Shown piece after piece: positions 25,801 through 40,011 of a stretch of DNA of 64,000 nt. How positions within the stretch are numbered: the first letter of the stretch is position 1; every line of letters begins with the position of its first letter. The notes under the pieces were generated by a model, which ran no database searches, had not been told where the DNA came from, and saw only the letters and a program-made list of their open reading frames with translations. The DNA comes from Paragordius varius (Eukaryota > Animalia > Nematomorpha), in the NCBI GenBank assembly GCA_964247055.1, contig OZ176050.1:2976001-3040000 (forward strand). Direction: 5' to 3'. A program made the translations under genes and the position numbers.

Positions 25801-28800
25801 TATAAATTATCGGTTTTAAAAATTGGAAAAAAATGGTGGTTGAAGGTCATAACTAACTGACTGACAAAAACAAGATAACAGCCAATATTTTGGGTAAATT
25901 CAAACATGAGCTTGAAATTTTTATATTGTAAATATTAAGTAGGAAAAAAATTACGACGTCCAATGAATTTTCAAAATATTTATTTAAAGCGTTCTTTGGG
26001 GGGTCATTAAACCAAACTTTTGCAAAAGCTTCGGTTAAATTAATAAATTATATATATATAATTATATATGTGTATACATCAAATTTCATAAATAAACTTT
26101 TCTTCAAAAAGTTTTACTCTGTAACATCTTTTTTAAAATCGCTTGGCGTTTTTTAAGCTTTAATATTTCTATTTTAGAAATCATAATTAATTACAATTTT
26201 TGTATTGGATCCACAATGTCATAATTTTGCAGATTAAAATTGATTTTGGTATGATTTTCTCTAGTGTACTGCAAAAACCAAGAATTTGAAATATAGCTAC
26301 ATGATATGGTGAAATTAGCATTCATTTTTTATATTTTTTTGCAATAAATTTACTATTTCTTTCAAAAAATGTTTTTGTATACATATAAGGTTAATAAGGT
26401 TTCATTGGTTTAACTTTTCCAGTGAATTACATCATAATTTGATTTAAAAAATATGTCCATATTGATGATCAGCTGTTTGGTTCGGTTTTCATTTGTATCT
26501 CTCATGTGGAATTTCTTACCAAATTTTTCTCTAAAAGCTCATCATCTTATCTATGCAAAAAACCTAAAGTCTGATTAAAATATACAAATCCAGCCTGAAA
26601 AATGTTGATCCACCCTTTTTGTTAAGTTAAGTTCATCTGATGAGCTTCATGTAGTAACAAAATATTAATTCTTTGAAATTTTTTTAAAATACAGGGTTTT
26701 TAGATAATCAATTAAAATGTTTGGAGTATATGAGTATATTACTACCCTGCTTGTTTAAAAAATGTATGATTATAGTATAGTTTTTCAGAATCTAACAAGA
26801 GTGTCTTTAAACAATTCCTATATGTAAACTTAAATTTAATACGATAGGACAACGGAATAAATTAAGCCTTATTTGTTGTAAAAGAATAATATGTATTATA
26901 AGTGTGATTCATTACAGTTGACATGTGTCTCGAAAGTTTTTGCCTTTAAACTTATACAATATGAGAATAATATATATATAATTAATTAATGCAATAATGA
27001 AAATATTTTTTGACTTATTTTGTACACGAAAGGAGTTGTATTTGTTTTAGCTATGTTTAATAATTTAGGCGTGCACAGTCCTTGCCATACACTCACATAC
27101 TAATCTTTTGAGATAAATTACTAATATCCACATTTTGAGACAAATGAATTAAAAATATTAGTTTTGAATCATTGCTTTAAGCTTTTGCGTTTTTATCCCA
27201 CAAAAGTTAAGATATATCGTTAAATATTTTTATGCGTAGTATATTTGATTTAATATTTATAATTAAATATTTATGAGTTGGAATATAAATAGTTTTATGA
27301 TTAATTGGTATAAAATTGTGAATATGAGTAAAATGCAAGGATGTCCTAATACATTTTTAGCATGGCCAAATCGTAAAAAATGCAAGGTTTATAGCTGCTA
27401 TATCGTTGTCTCATTTATATGATAAATAAATAACAAGGTATAATCGTATTTTTTAAAAATTGAGTTAATAGCCATCGGTCAAGAAAATATTGGAGATAAT
27501 CATGTGTAAAATCCGAAAATTAAAAACTAATATCCAATTTCAATCTTACACAATGATAGATGACAAATGTGTTTCCTAGCGTTTTTAAAATAATAACGAA
27601 GTTTGACCCAATTATATTAAAATATTTGTGAAGACTTCACTTTCAATTATAATATTAAATTAAATTACATAGATCTCATATTCAGAAATGCACCCGAAAT
27701 TCTCATCACGAGAAACATATCCTAACTTTTATCGAACCATTCCAAGCCTTAATTTTTTAAATGCTGCCGGAGTGGAAATACTCAACATTTATAATTGGAC
27801 GAAAGTTGCTACCATATTCCAAGATGATCCCACGTATTCTCTGGTTCCTTTTAAAATTTTTGTTGCTTTTCAAATATTTTTACAAAATTTTCTAATTTTC
27901 AAAAAATATATTTGTATATGTGTAATACAGCCACATGATGATTTGCTCAACCGTTTGGACAACCAAAATATCACCATAGCGCTGTCCCGAAGTTTTAGTA
28001 CCAAACAAAAATTGGAAGAAATAATTAAAGAAATTAAAGTCTTCAATTTTTATATATTTTAATTTCAAAAATGACTCACATTATTTTTATGTCGCTTTTT
28101 AAAATATATTTTATTTTTATTTTTTTGTCACAGAAAGAAGATGTTCGAATAATGGTAATGTTCATTAACGAAACTATGGCCCATCACGCATTCTGTTTTG
28201 TAAGAGTCAATTTTTATAAAAAATTTTAAAGCTTTAATATTTTGCATATATATAAATTAAGGTTTATTATGATAAGAATTGTTTATCTATTTTAGTTAAA
28301 GCAGTTTTCCTCAACATAAGTTTTATAATTTCCCCGAACTATGGATAATTATATCTATATAAACATATAGCGCCTAAAGCAAACAGAGTTTTTGAGTTTT
28401 TCAATTTAACTATTATCAAATACACAAATTTATACTAGATTTATCATGAAGCTCTTTATGGCCCAAAATATCAATGGCTCTTGTTGGGCGGCTTAGTTGA
28501 CGTTTGGTTAAACATTCAATTAAATAATATGTCTTGTGAGAGAATACAAGCCGTCATGGCTATGGAAAATGCTATACGCGTAGATCTAATGGCACTTAGC
28601 TTATCAAGTGAAAAAACCATATCTGGATATGTAAGATAAAAATTCAACTTTATTTTTATATTCTTCTGTAAGAGATATGTTTTTAAATTCATACATTTTG
28701 CCTTCGAAAAAATATTAGATATATCATTTTCAAGAAAAACGTCTTATAAATTCTCACTCTTTAATAATTACGCTTACAGTTACAAATTTTGGGAAATTAT

Positions 28801-31800
28801 CTGTGTAATATCTAGTAAAAACGATGGATGATTGATTAATTTTTGCATATAATTATTTTCATACCTTAATATAAAGGGATATTCACCTAAAAAACACTGT
28901 AAACTAGCTAATTAATCAGATCTTGAACAACAAAGACCATATACTTATTCTATCCTATGAAATGTTATCTTATTTTTAAAAAATAAGGTTAATTAAACTT
29001 ACATTTTGTTATGTTTTTTGACTTAGTTACTTGACCGGTCCTACAAAAAACAAATAAGTTAATTAAAATTTTAGTGATTTGCTTCTGTTTTAATAGACAC
29101 CTCAAGAATACGCAAAACAATATGATATGCTACGAGGCTCTTCCTATAGCCGTTTCCACGGGTATGCTTATGATGGGATGTGGACCATAGCCTTAGCCCT
29201 AAACTATGCAGCAAACAAATTGAAAGATAAGAAGTCTAAAAAAATGTTAACTGACTTCACCTACAATGATCCCTTATGGTCGGAACTGTTCAAAGAAGCC
29301 CTCAATGCCACAAATTTTATTGGAGTCACGGTTTTTTAAAAAATGCTTCACTCTTTTATAGAACTTTATTATAAAAAGTTTTGAAATTTAGGTAGTGTTT
29401 TTTAAGTTTTCCTAAGCTTTCTTTTATAAATCTATTGAGGATATATACCTTAAAAATATTTAAAATTTTACGGAATCAATTTGTTCCTTAATTGAAAAAA
29501 ATTATATATTTTTCTAATATTTAATACATTAATGTATTTAATTAAGGGACAAGTTCAATTCTTACATGGGAATCGTTTGGGTCTTTTAGAAGTTAAACAA
29601 ATTAAAGGTAATCAATTATATAATTATTATAGTAAATATCTAAAGCGTAATATATTGAATGTAAAATCTATATTATTTTTTGAATATAACTTTATATTTA
29701 AGATGATCTAATATAAACATATTGGATTCCATATTCGCAGCATCAAATTTATTGTTTTAGTTATAGGAAAAATAAGGATTTAATATAAACTTTATGATCT
29801 TTAACTTTTCAAGTAACGAACATTAAAAAAATTAATTTATATTATTTTTAATTTTTACTGTAATTTATAAATATATAATTTTTTTTGGCCGAATCATTTA
29901 TGATGATAATAGGATAGATGAAATCTTTAGTTTTCAACTATTATACCCTTTTCGTAAGGTATTAAAAATAGGAAATTTTTTAATACAATACAAACTCTAA
30001 GTTAAACTACACAATATAATCTATTGAGTATTATTAGAAACTTAGTCTAATAGTTGTGCCATTGCAGAAAATTTTTATTCCTTTAAGGGGGTGTCTAACC
30101 TTCTTTGTTTAGTACGCAAATGCTCTTTAAAATAAAAAATTGGATTATAAGCCAAAATTTACGATACTTTTAGTAGTAGATATATCATTCATTGGAAAAT
30201 AAATAAAAAACAAAAAATGCAGCACGCGAAATATCTGTGTTGGAGACACCCTTGTAATAATTTTAACTCTTTCTAAGTATAAATAAATTTGTAGAATATT
30301 AGCGACACACATACGTTCACACAATTTTTCATAATTAATGTTATAATTGACCAGACTGTAGACTTGTTAAAAATTATTTTAAACCTTTAATTATATTATT
30401 TTGGTGAATGTTATATATGTCAAACTATTTTTAAAAATATAATTATACGTTTAAACCAGGGCTAACTAAACGAAGCAATTACACAAAATCAGTCAGTCCT
30501 CACAAACATTCAAACTTTATCTTTGATCTTGTTATATAATTATAATTTCTTTGAAGTACAAATATTATTTTTGTAAAGAAAGTTAGCTATTAAAGTATAA
30601 CCAACAGCTTTGGTGTTTAGCCTCTCAACTTTACAATTTATATTAATAAATACAGTTTAAAGAAAAAGATATAATCAAATATAATTTTAGATGGCAGAGA
30701 AGTTTCGATTGCAGAATACAATGGCGTACGAAATCACTTGAATTTCAGCCACGGAATTAACATTTCCTGGGCGGGTAATTTAATTAATCTCAAATATAAT
30801 TAAATTTATACAATAAACCTTATTTTAGCTGGGTTTTTAAAATGAAAAAATTTTAGGAAACCGTCCGCCAATCGCTTCTCCCCGCCTAATTTATACGACG
30901 GTTCGACTTAATCCAACAATGTACATTGCCATGTCTGTGATAGCCATCTTAGGAATTATTGTTGCCTTATTCTTTCTCATCATCAACATAACATTCAGGA
31001 ATCAACGGTTTGGAAAAAAATTTTTTTGCAAATAAAAAATATATAAATAATTATCTTATTATATCTTGTCATCATTTAGGTTTATCAAAATGTCTAGTCC
31101 ATTACTCAACAATGTTATTATAATGGGTGGGATCCTGGCCTACATATCTATCATATTACTGGGTCTGGATTGCGTGAATCCCAAAAATTTTACACATTTA
31201 TGCATGGTTTTACTTTTGACTCTATTTACTTATGATACGAAATCTAATAAAATATATTTAATTTTTGAAAAATATTTAATATAATAATAATTTTTAGTAT
31301 TAATATTTTAGCAAAGGTTTTTTAAAATTTAAGGATTATTATATACAATTATAGAGTCGAATGTGGATACTTTCTCTGGCATTTACACTTGCGTTCGGAG
31401 CCATGTTCAGTAAAACATGGAGAGTTCATGCCATTTTCACAAACGTTAAACTAAATAGAAAGGTACTTTGTTGGAAATCAATATTTCCATATAAATTTAT
31501 TATTCAATTTGATGTTTTTGGGTTTAGATTATACAAGACTATAAATTATTTGCAATAATCGGTGTATTGCTTTCAATCGATATTATTGTCCTATCATCAT
31601 GGTCCTTGTTTGATCCATTTTACAAAAACCGAGAAATCTTACCGACAAAAGTATGATTTGTTTAGATATTGAAAAACAGGGTCCATTAACTATTAACTTA
31701 AATAACTAATATATTGATTAAAAATATAAATTTTAAACAATGATTTTTTATTTGTTTAGGTATCAAGGGCCAATTCCGACATAGAAGAAATGTTTGTCGT

Positions 31801-34800
31801 TGAACATTGTGAGAGTAAACATATGAATGTATGGCTTGGTATAATCTGTGCATACAAGGGAATCTTGATGGTAAAATAAGTCAAATATTGTTTTTATTTT
31901 TACAGTTAAACAATTCTTTTTTAGTTATGAAAACATATATAAAATCAAAAGTGGCTGTCCTGTTCTCAACTCATTTTTTCCCCAAATATTTTTCTTTAAA
32001 CTAATATGTTTTTCCGCCATATTTCGTACAAAAGAGTCCATCGTTTTTCATTAATCCAAGGTTAAGTTGACTATTTCAAAATGTTTAATTCAGATAAACC
32101 CTTGATTAATTCTGCATTTAAACACAAATGTGAGATTAATTTGATTAAAATGCAATCAATCATTATTAAAAACTTGTTAGACAATCACAATATATATTAT
32201 ATATATATATATATATACATATATCCTAGGACGATATATGTAAATTTAAATAAACATTATGGCTTTTTTCAAAAAAAATTAATTTTATTTTTAATTATGA
32301 CCTGGTTAAATAATCGGGTTATGATTGGGTCGCAACTAGTATTGATACTTTTCGACCAGTCAATATTAACCGGTATAAATGCATGAACATAATTAGTACC
32401 GTTTTAAGGTTTTTTAAATTATATGTTGTCACTTTGAATTTACCGTTTAAATCGGTTATAATAATTTTAAAATATTAATAACATTAATGTTAATTTGATT
32501 TTGATATTCTATTTTTATCAAATTTCAGTTATATTTTACTTTTTCATATTTGCTAAACAAAATTTCGCAATTTTTTGATGGATTTACACGGTCAGAACAC
32601 ATTCATTATCGGTCAAATAATCCAACCTTAGTCATAACTTATATATTTGATAGTTATTTGGTTGCTTCTTGGCATGGGAAACTAGACATGTGACGATACC
32701 AGCTCTTAACGATTCCAAATACATTGGTATCAGTGTTTACAACATTATGCTCCTATGTATAGTGGGTATGGCCGTATCTTTCATCCTTAAAAATGAAGTC
32801 TCCACATCATTCCTCCTGCTCACTATATTCATTCTGCTTGGTGCCACAATCACGCTATCACTGGTGTTTATCCCCAAGGTTATATATAATAATAACTAAT
32901 TTTTTATGTGTAAGCACTTTTTTTCTTGCAAGTTGTCACATAGTGCTGAAAAGTTAGTACGGTGTGCGGTTATAATTAAAGAAAGGGTTAATAAATAAAT
33001 ATGTTCGGGTTTCAATCTCTGCTAAACCGACTATTTATAAATAATGATTGTTTTAATTGCCATTAATAAATGAATTTCTAAAAGTCAAATTTTAAAATTA
33101 AGACTCTTGCTTATAGGCGATTTGTGAGATTTGTGAAAAATATTTTTTCAAAATTAATGAAAGCGATGTTCTTCATTCTATCAATATATTTTTTATTAGA
33201 CAATACCGAGTTTAATTATGTTTTTGCTAATATGTTTAGTTAATTCAATTGCGCAAAATGTATAAAAGCGGGCGATTGAATGAAGTGAATTATGAAAGGC
33301 CCCACTTCAAAGAAAAGGACAAATACCACGATTATCGCAAAAAAATTGCCAAGATTGTGGAGGAAAAGCACAAAAACAGAAGGATATTGGAAGAGGTTAA
33401 CTTGTCAAAGGATGTTTAAATATTTGATATTAGTATTTTTATAAGATGGAATTATGAGGCGCCTCAGTTGATTTGTTAATATAAACTGTATCGACATGTC
33501 AAAAATAGGGTGTCAATATATAAATCTTCACAAAAATTTTCTATCATATTTCAAAAATAATCCGTTTTTATGAATATTTAGAAAGCGCATAAGCTGGTAG
33601 AATTGTATCAAAGGTTAGGGATGCCAGTTCCAGAAGAAGATTTAAAGTTGTCCACACGTTCGGAAAAAAGTTCTTTAAGTAATTTCATATAATCATAACT
33701 CTAGTATTAAATATGCTGTTTTTTATATTTGTCAAAAGTAACTAAAACTTTTTTTGCAATCGTTTATATTAAAATTAAGAAATATCTTCAGAATATTCGG
33801 CCCTCACAACGGACACAACCATGGACAAATGGTTACCGGTCGACAAAACAAAATTATATATCCAACCTAAATCGTCACTCAGGCCTTCTATATCCGAACT
33901 AAACACAGAAGCGATAGAATTGGAAGATCTCAAGTATATGCTTATTTTTTAATGAAAAAATATATTTTTATATTGGATGATTTTATATAATTAATTTATC
34001 ATCATGTAATGTATAAGAGTGCGTCATTTTTATAATATAATTTCGTTTTGAATTGAGAGAGAAACCACCAGCTCCTTAAATTGGGTTCGAGAAACCAACT
34101 TTTAAAAGCTTGGCATTTTAAAAAATACTTGCCATTTTTATTTCAACTTATGATATCGGGTTTATTTTATTATTGCTAAAATTTATAAATGATAGGATAG
34201 AAAAATTTCAAATTAAATCTGCACTTTTTTATTTTAGCTTGTGCACCAAATTTAATGTTATCTTAAGTTCTGTCATCAGTTTAACCATAGAAAAATCTAG
34301 TCGTTTTGAATAATTTTATATTTTGGTGCATTTTACCTACTCATGCTCATTATTAAATGTTTAAAATGCGGTAATATATACACTCAAGACTTATTTCAAT
34401 AGTACTATTGGAGCTTGCATATCTAACAACAAATTTTCCATATTTAATCAAAATTGAACTCACACTTTTGGGCACATTATGTTAAAAAAATGAAAAAGCA
34501 TTCAATTTAATCATATATGTTGATTATATCTATTAAAAGTATGTAACCTTTTTTAGTTTGTTTTATCAACGAATTAACATACCACATGTGAAAGTTGAAC
34601 AGCTGCGATTTTAAATTTATTTATCATACTAGAAACAAAAATATTTTTAACATTTGCTGCCAAAGAAAATATTACCATAAATATTTGTTCGGTTACTTAG
34701 TCGAATGGGTGTTGAACCCGAATTGCAATTTAGGAAATAATTCATTCCTGTAAAATCAATAAGAAAATATACCACCTCGGCCTATGTATGGATTAAAATA

Positions 34801-35352
34801 TAAAAATTGATTGAAAAATAATTTATTCTGCTATGTCGTAGTGTCAAATATTTATGTTAAATTTATATGAACTTTGTCTATATTATTAATGCAATGTCTT
34901 AACCCGTTTGTATTATAAGGTTAAAAAGTGTTCCCTTGTTAAAAAAACCTCCCAAGTTGTTAAATTCCACTTACAATGCAGACTTAAACCACAACAATGA
35001 TAAGGATTCCCTAAATCATAAGCTTGTCAGTAAAAACCATATAAATATTATGCCAATTATTGTCTCAACAACCATAATCTCAAATGTTAATGCGTCTTCC
35101 CCCAAACATATTTCGTCCACACTACCCTTAAAAGATAATAACGATAATACCTTAATTCCATTTGGTGCTCATCGTAAAAAAATAATATTTTCTAATCATA
35201 ACTCAAATATAACGTTTTGCCCAGTTTTCCCACATGATTCCTCTACTGGTCTCATGGTAGGAGAAAATAAAAACTTAGAAACACCAACGCCATCGGGTAA
35301 ATCAAATATATCCACAAAATTAAATAATTTACAAAAAATCATAAATGGTTAA
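19842..35352 (+). CDS. GABBR2: GABA-B receptor subunit 2-like class C GPCR, 19 exons, ~1271 aa
   Basis: Exons 19842-20930, 24239-24376, 27673-27843, 27931-28038, 28134-28199, 28439-28630, 29097-29330, 29547-29607, 30691-30774, 30857-31007, 31080-31206, 31355-31462, 31528-31650, 31760-31870, 32654-32878, 33240-33395, 33582-33678, 33792-33933, 34920-35352. All introns are GT-AG, phases are consistent and the total is 3816 nt. Motifs include a signal peptide, [76 protein letters not shown] and a C-terminal coiled-coil-like segment. FFDMM, HPxF and PHxxL resemble invertebrate subunit 2 more than subunits 1 or 3. Confidence 0.93.
30084..30254. mobile_element. Short hAT-like MITE in a GABA-B intron
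   Basis: Termini taagggggtgtctaac ... tggagacacccttg are the same TIR type as the 9049 element. Confidence 0.5.
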
Positions 35353-35922
35353 AGCCGTGTTCTAGTAGAAATAGGATAAAGAATGAAAAAAAAGTTTTTC
35401 AAATATTGATTTTACCAATTTTTTTAATACTTGAATGTAGTATTTATAGAATTATCTATTAAATTTGGTGAATAATCGGATTTAATTTTTAATACAAAAC
35501 ATAAAGATTTAGCCAAATTTTAGGGATTACGAAATAACAGTAATCGTCCATCATATTTTTGAGTTTATTTAATTCTACTATGGTATAAATCAGGGGCGTT
35601 CAACATGGGGCTTTGCGAAATTTTCCACAGCAGAAATTTAACATTATTTTACAAGTTGTAAGCAAAATTTTTCGTAAACAAATAAATCCGAATTTCGGCT
35701 ATCACTAGAAAAATATCTCAAAATATATAGTATTTTTTACAGTCTTATGTTTAAAATCTAATTAATTATTCGTTTATACCCGCCCATATATTTTCCGAAT
35801 GCGGCCCTCGAAGCTAATCAATATTCATAGTTAATAAAGCAAAAAATAATTTGACTTTAGTTAAATTTAAATTGAAATCTTTTATATTTTCGATACACAT
35901 ACTTCTCATTTAAATTAATTGT

Positions 35923-35924
<2 letters not shown>

Positions 35925-35972
<48 letters not shown>
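35925..35972. repeat. (AT)n microsatellite
   Basis: Uninterrupted AT dinucleotide run of ~48 nt. Confidence 0.95.
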
Positions 35973-35974
<2 letters not shown>

Positions 35975-36965
35975 TACCCATCATAAGAATAAAAAATTGA
36001 ATAGTTAAAAATTGTCAATTTATTTTCAAATTATCTCATAGTTATGATGATACATCATTTAATATAATTTTTTTACTTTATGTGTACAGGTAAATGTATC
36101 CAGATCGATTACGCCAAACCAAGCATATTGCTATAATATTTATTCCACGCCAGAACTCTTTTGAATGCATACATCTTGTAAACACCCTAAAATAAATTGT
36201 TACTTTGTAATGTATATTAGTGTATTATAAATTATCGGAATCGTATGTATCCTTTCTTTTACTGTTAAAAGGCCTTTAAAAAGAAGCAAGTTATGTTTAA
36301 CCCTCAGATTCGATAATTATGGAAGTTTATTATAGCTTAGTTGTGAAATGGATAGGCTAATCTATTTATAACGCACATAAGAGATTTTTTTGAAAATTAA
36401 TTATGTGATCAATATGTTGTTCATAATACACTATGTGGCACATTGGGAATTAAATTAATATATTTTTTCGATAGGTTAACGTTTAATACACTGAATATTG
36501 TAATAATAAATGCGGTTGAAATTCTTAAAAAGTATTTTTTTTCTATTAACCAAAATTAATGACATTTTCATTGCATATTTGATTAAAATTAAATTTTGAT
36601 AATCAGCAAACACCAGACCATATTTAATGAAAATATTTTATTGTAAGATCTGGAAAGATATTCGAAATATATGGTGAACTGAAAACAACGAATTAATTTA
36701 TATATGCCATGGCTATAAAAATCAGCGCTTGTGAATCATTTCGATCATTTTCACAGATATATGGATTTTCCTTGTATAATCCCAAAATTTTATTTCTCAA
36801 AATAACATTTGTAATATGAAATAATAAAAATATAAAAGTTTATATTTTTGGAAAAATGAAAAACAATTAGTTTTGATTTATAATTTCGTAAAATTTTGAA
36901 GTTAATATTTTGATATTAAACTGCGCACCTAGCCCACATTTAATAAAAAATTGGTAATAGCTAAA

Positions 36966-37546
36966 TCTATATATTATAAAAATGGAAAATGCTCGCTTTG
37001 TGATCTGTTTCCGAAAAACCGGTAGACCCATTCAAATTCAAATGTCGAAAAAATATAATCATTAATGAATGCCCCAACAATAGCTTCGCCCTTTTTCTAA
37101 TTAGGCCCCCAGTTCGGGTCCACCCCGTGTAAAAAACGGGTTTTTTTTAAAGAAGTCCACAAAAATCGTGTCTTTGAGACAATTTTCAAGAGAACGTGTT
37201 GGACCATTCGATTTCAAATATGATTTTTGTTTACTTATGTTCGATTGCGCCGCCGAGCATAGTCGGCTCGCTTTTTTAATTTAAGCCCTCTTTTTACCCG
37301 CTCCCCCGGTAAAATGCTATTTTTTTCAAAAAAATTAAGTCCACAAAAACAATTTTTTGAATCTATTTTTCGCCCAAGTAAACAATATATTAGTATGAAT
37401 GCACCGTTTTGAAATTCCTATAAGATCATAGCTATTAAATTTTCGAAATAATCCACATATGTGGATCATTTTATTGTCCCTTTTTTCAAATAGCCTCCCC
37501 CCAGAAGGCCGAACTCGGGCTGCGTAGCAGCACGAATTTACGCTAG
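36966..37546 (+). mobile_element. Non-autonomous Helitron, 581 bp, intact ends
   Basis: a|TCtatatattata ... cgggctgc-gta-gcagcacg hairpin (37516-37534), an 8 nt spacer, then CTAG|t. Inserted between A and T with no TSD. The body is homologous to 61290-61874 and to the array monomers. Confidence 0.88.
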
Positions 37547-38487
37547 TGTTATTATAAAAATATCATAAAAATCTACCAAATACTAAAAATAATAAGCAAA
37601 AAAGTTTTTTTCAAATTTTACTCTTTAGATGTTGGCTCTGAAAGTCCCATATTTTTACCCTCTAAATGGTCCTATTTTTTAAAATAAACGCAAAAAGGCC
37701 GTTTTTTTAATATATGGTAGATTATGACTCCAAAAAACATATATTTTTAAAAAATTGCATACTTTGTTTCAAAAATTTTTAGTGTGTTGAAGCGTACCTC
37801 ATCTATTTTGAGGCATGATAAACTGGAGTAAAACCATATGGGTGTTAGTCTTTTTCTATGTTCGGTGCTTCTAAACATTTTTACTACCACTTAATATCGA
37901 TAAAACTATTCGTCTTTAAATGTTAAATATTAATTGTTTTTTTGTCAAAATTCACCAAAATTCGAAAGATTACGAAACTTTTAATTAAAATTCTGAGGTA
38001 ATTGGAATGTTTAAATTCACTTAAATTCGAAGGAATACGAAAGTTTTAATTAAAATTCTGAGGTGATTGGAATGTTCAGCATCCTCGATTTACATAAAGA
38101 AAGTGTTTAATCTTTAATAACTATACCGTTTTCACCATTCTTCTAAATACCACAAAACTGGCTTCATCAAAATTTTGCCATAATTAAAATGCAGAATATC
38201 CAGTTTTTCGGAAAAACTTGCCCACATCTAAAATTTAAAATTCTATAAAATATTTTTATGCTTTTTACATATAGTGTATGATATAATTTAGTGATATCAT
38301 TTCGAATCAATATTTTTGTTAAGCAAAACAAGCACAAATTTTTCCATTATCTGATATGGAGCAGTACCACAAATGTTATAATAAATTTCTTATATCAATC
38401 GTAAAACTCAAAACCAAAATAACCATAAGAATTCTGATCATTTTTGCAAAATTATATATTTATTTCAGGATAATGCTGTGGACACTG
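37547..38487. mobile_element. Long-TIR family copy 5 (left arm missing), with an internal ~65 bp tandem duplication at ~37957-38078
   Basis: Internal blocks match copies 2 and 4. The right arm caaaaccaaaataaccataagaattctg...tttcaggata and terminus ggacactg end at 38487. Confidence 0.6.
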
Positions 38488-38939
38488 TAAGGCATTTATT
38501 ATCCCATTTACTTTAATCTCTTGTTTTTTATCCATCTGAAAAACTGGTTTAAGCCATAATTTTACACACTTAAAATATTTATTTCAATTTTAACCAGAAA
38601 AAGGCTTTTTTATTATAATTCATTATCAGAATATAAAACTGTAATTGAAAAACCACCTAATTAAGTTTACACTAAAGATGTTGGATTCATATAATTTAAA
38701 TTTTTTAAAACTCAATTAGATAAAAAGTAATATTCATTTATAGCAATAATTTTAATATTACATCGAAAGTTGGCAAAGTGCATTGAAAAATTTGGGATTA
38801 TATTTATATTGGATAAGTGTAAGTACATTCATTTTGAAAATTATAAAAATGAATGATATTACCTGAGTATAAAAATATAAAAGTTCTTTCGGATCTAACA
38901 TCTGCTCCTCCTAACCTAATATAAATTTTTGCTTTAATA

Positions 38940-38945
<6 letters not shown>

Positions 38946-38973
<28 letters not shown>
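38946..38973. repeat. (AT)n microsatellite
   Basis: Uninterrupted AT run. Confidence 0.9.
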
Positions 38974-39813
38974 GGGTTGGATAAATTGACAATGGTATTA
39001 TTTGTTTGTCCTAGGATTTAGTATGAAACTTTTAATTTTTTTTCTCCACATAAAACATTTTTTATAAGCATAAAAATTCAAGGTGTATGTTTGCTCTTTT
39101 AAAAATAAAAACAGATAAGCAAAAAGATAAAATCATCTTCTTAAATACAATATAACGTGAATGTAAAGTAAGTGTCCACAAAAAAAGCCATGTGAATATT
39201 AGTACTTATATTACAGTAGCATATGGTAAAAAACAACAAATGGTTAAAATTACCTTTTTTTTTCCCTATACATTAACATTAATTTCGTGTTTATAATTAT
39301 GGACTAATTTTATTATACCATAAGCTACTGTACAAAAATGGTTGTAAAAAATGTAATTTAATTTAAAGTTAGTTAATGTGTATACAAAGTTAATTTAAAA
39401 CACACATAGTACACCTGCTCTGCCATTGTTATATATAAAATATATATATATTTCTACAGTTATTTATTTTTTTACCTGGTGAGATAAAATACGAGAGAAA
39501 TAATTATTATTATAAGCAGATATCAGAATATTTTAATGGAGAATATATTATTATTAGAGGATCCAATATTGCTTTCAAGAAAGACGGAGAGATTTACAAA
39601 TAAATCTGCGAAATAAGTCATTATGGATTTAAGTGAATTTGAATTTCACAAATGTAACTACCCATATTTTTAGCTTTATAACCAAAATAATTTACCGGAT
39701 TTTTATGGGTGTTATTTCAACCACAATACAAAATATCAGTTTTTTAGATAAAACATATTTTATTAAAAAATAAGTTGGTAACTGTATCAGGCAACCTTAA
39801 AAACCGGTAATGA

Positions 39814-40011
39814 TTCCCACACAAATCTAATGGTTTTTCAAATGGTGAAAAAAAATTTATGCATGAAAAATAAAAAAACCAAAAGACAAAAATTATTTTT
39901 TAATTAACATTTATATTTAAATTAATTGACATTTTTAACATAAACATTTGGGTTGCAAAATATAGAATAGAATATATAATATTTAAAATTTTTAATTAGT
40001 TTATGTGGGAA
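39814..40011. promoter_or_regulatory. Pair of consensus CSL-binding sites upstream of the CSL gene
   Basis: TTCCCACA at 39814-39821 and TGTGGGAA at 40004-40011 both match YGTGRGAA, ~2.0-2.2 kb before the ATG. Function is inferred only. Confidence 0.35.
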
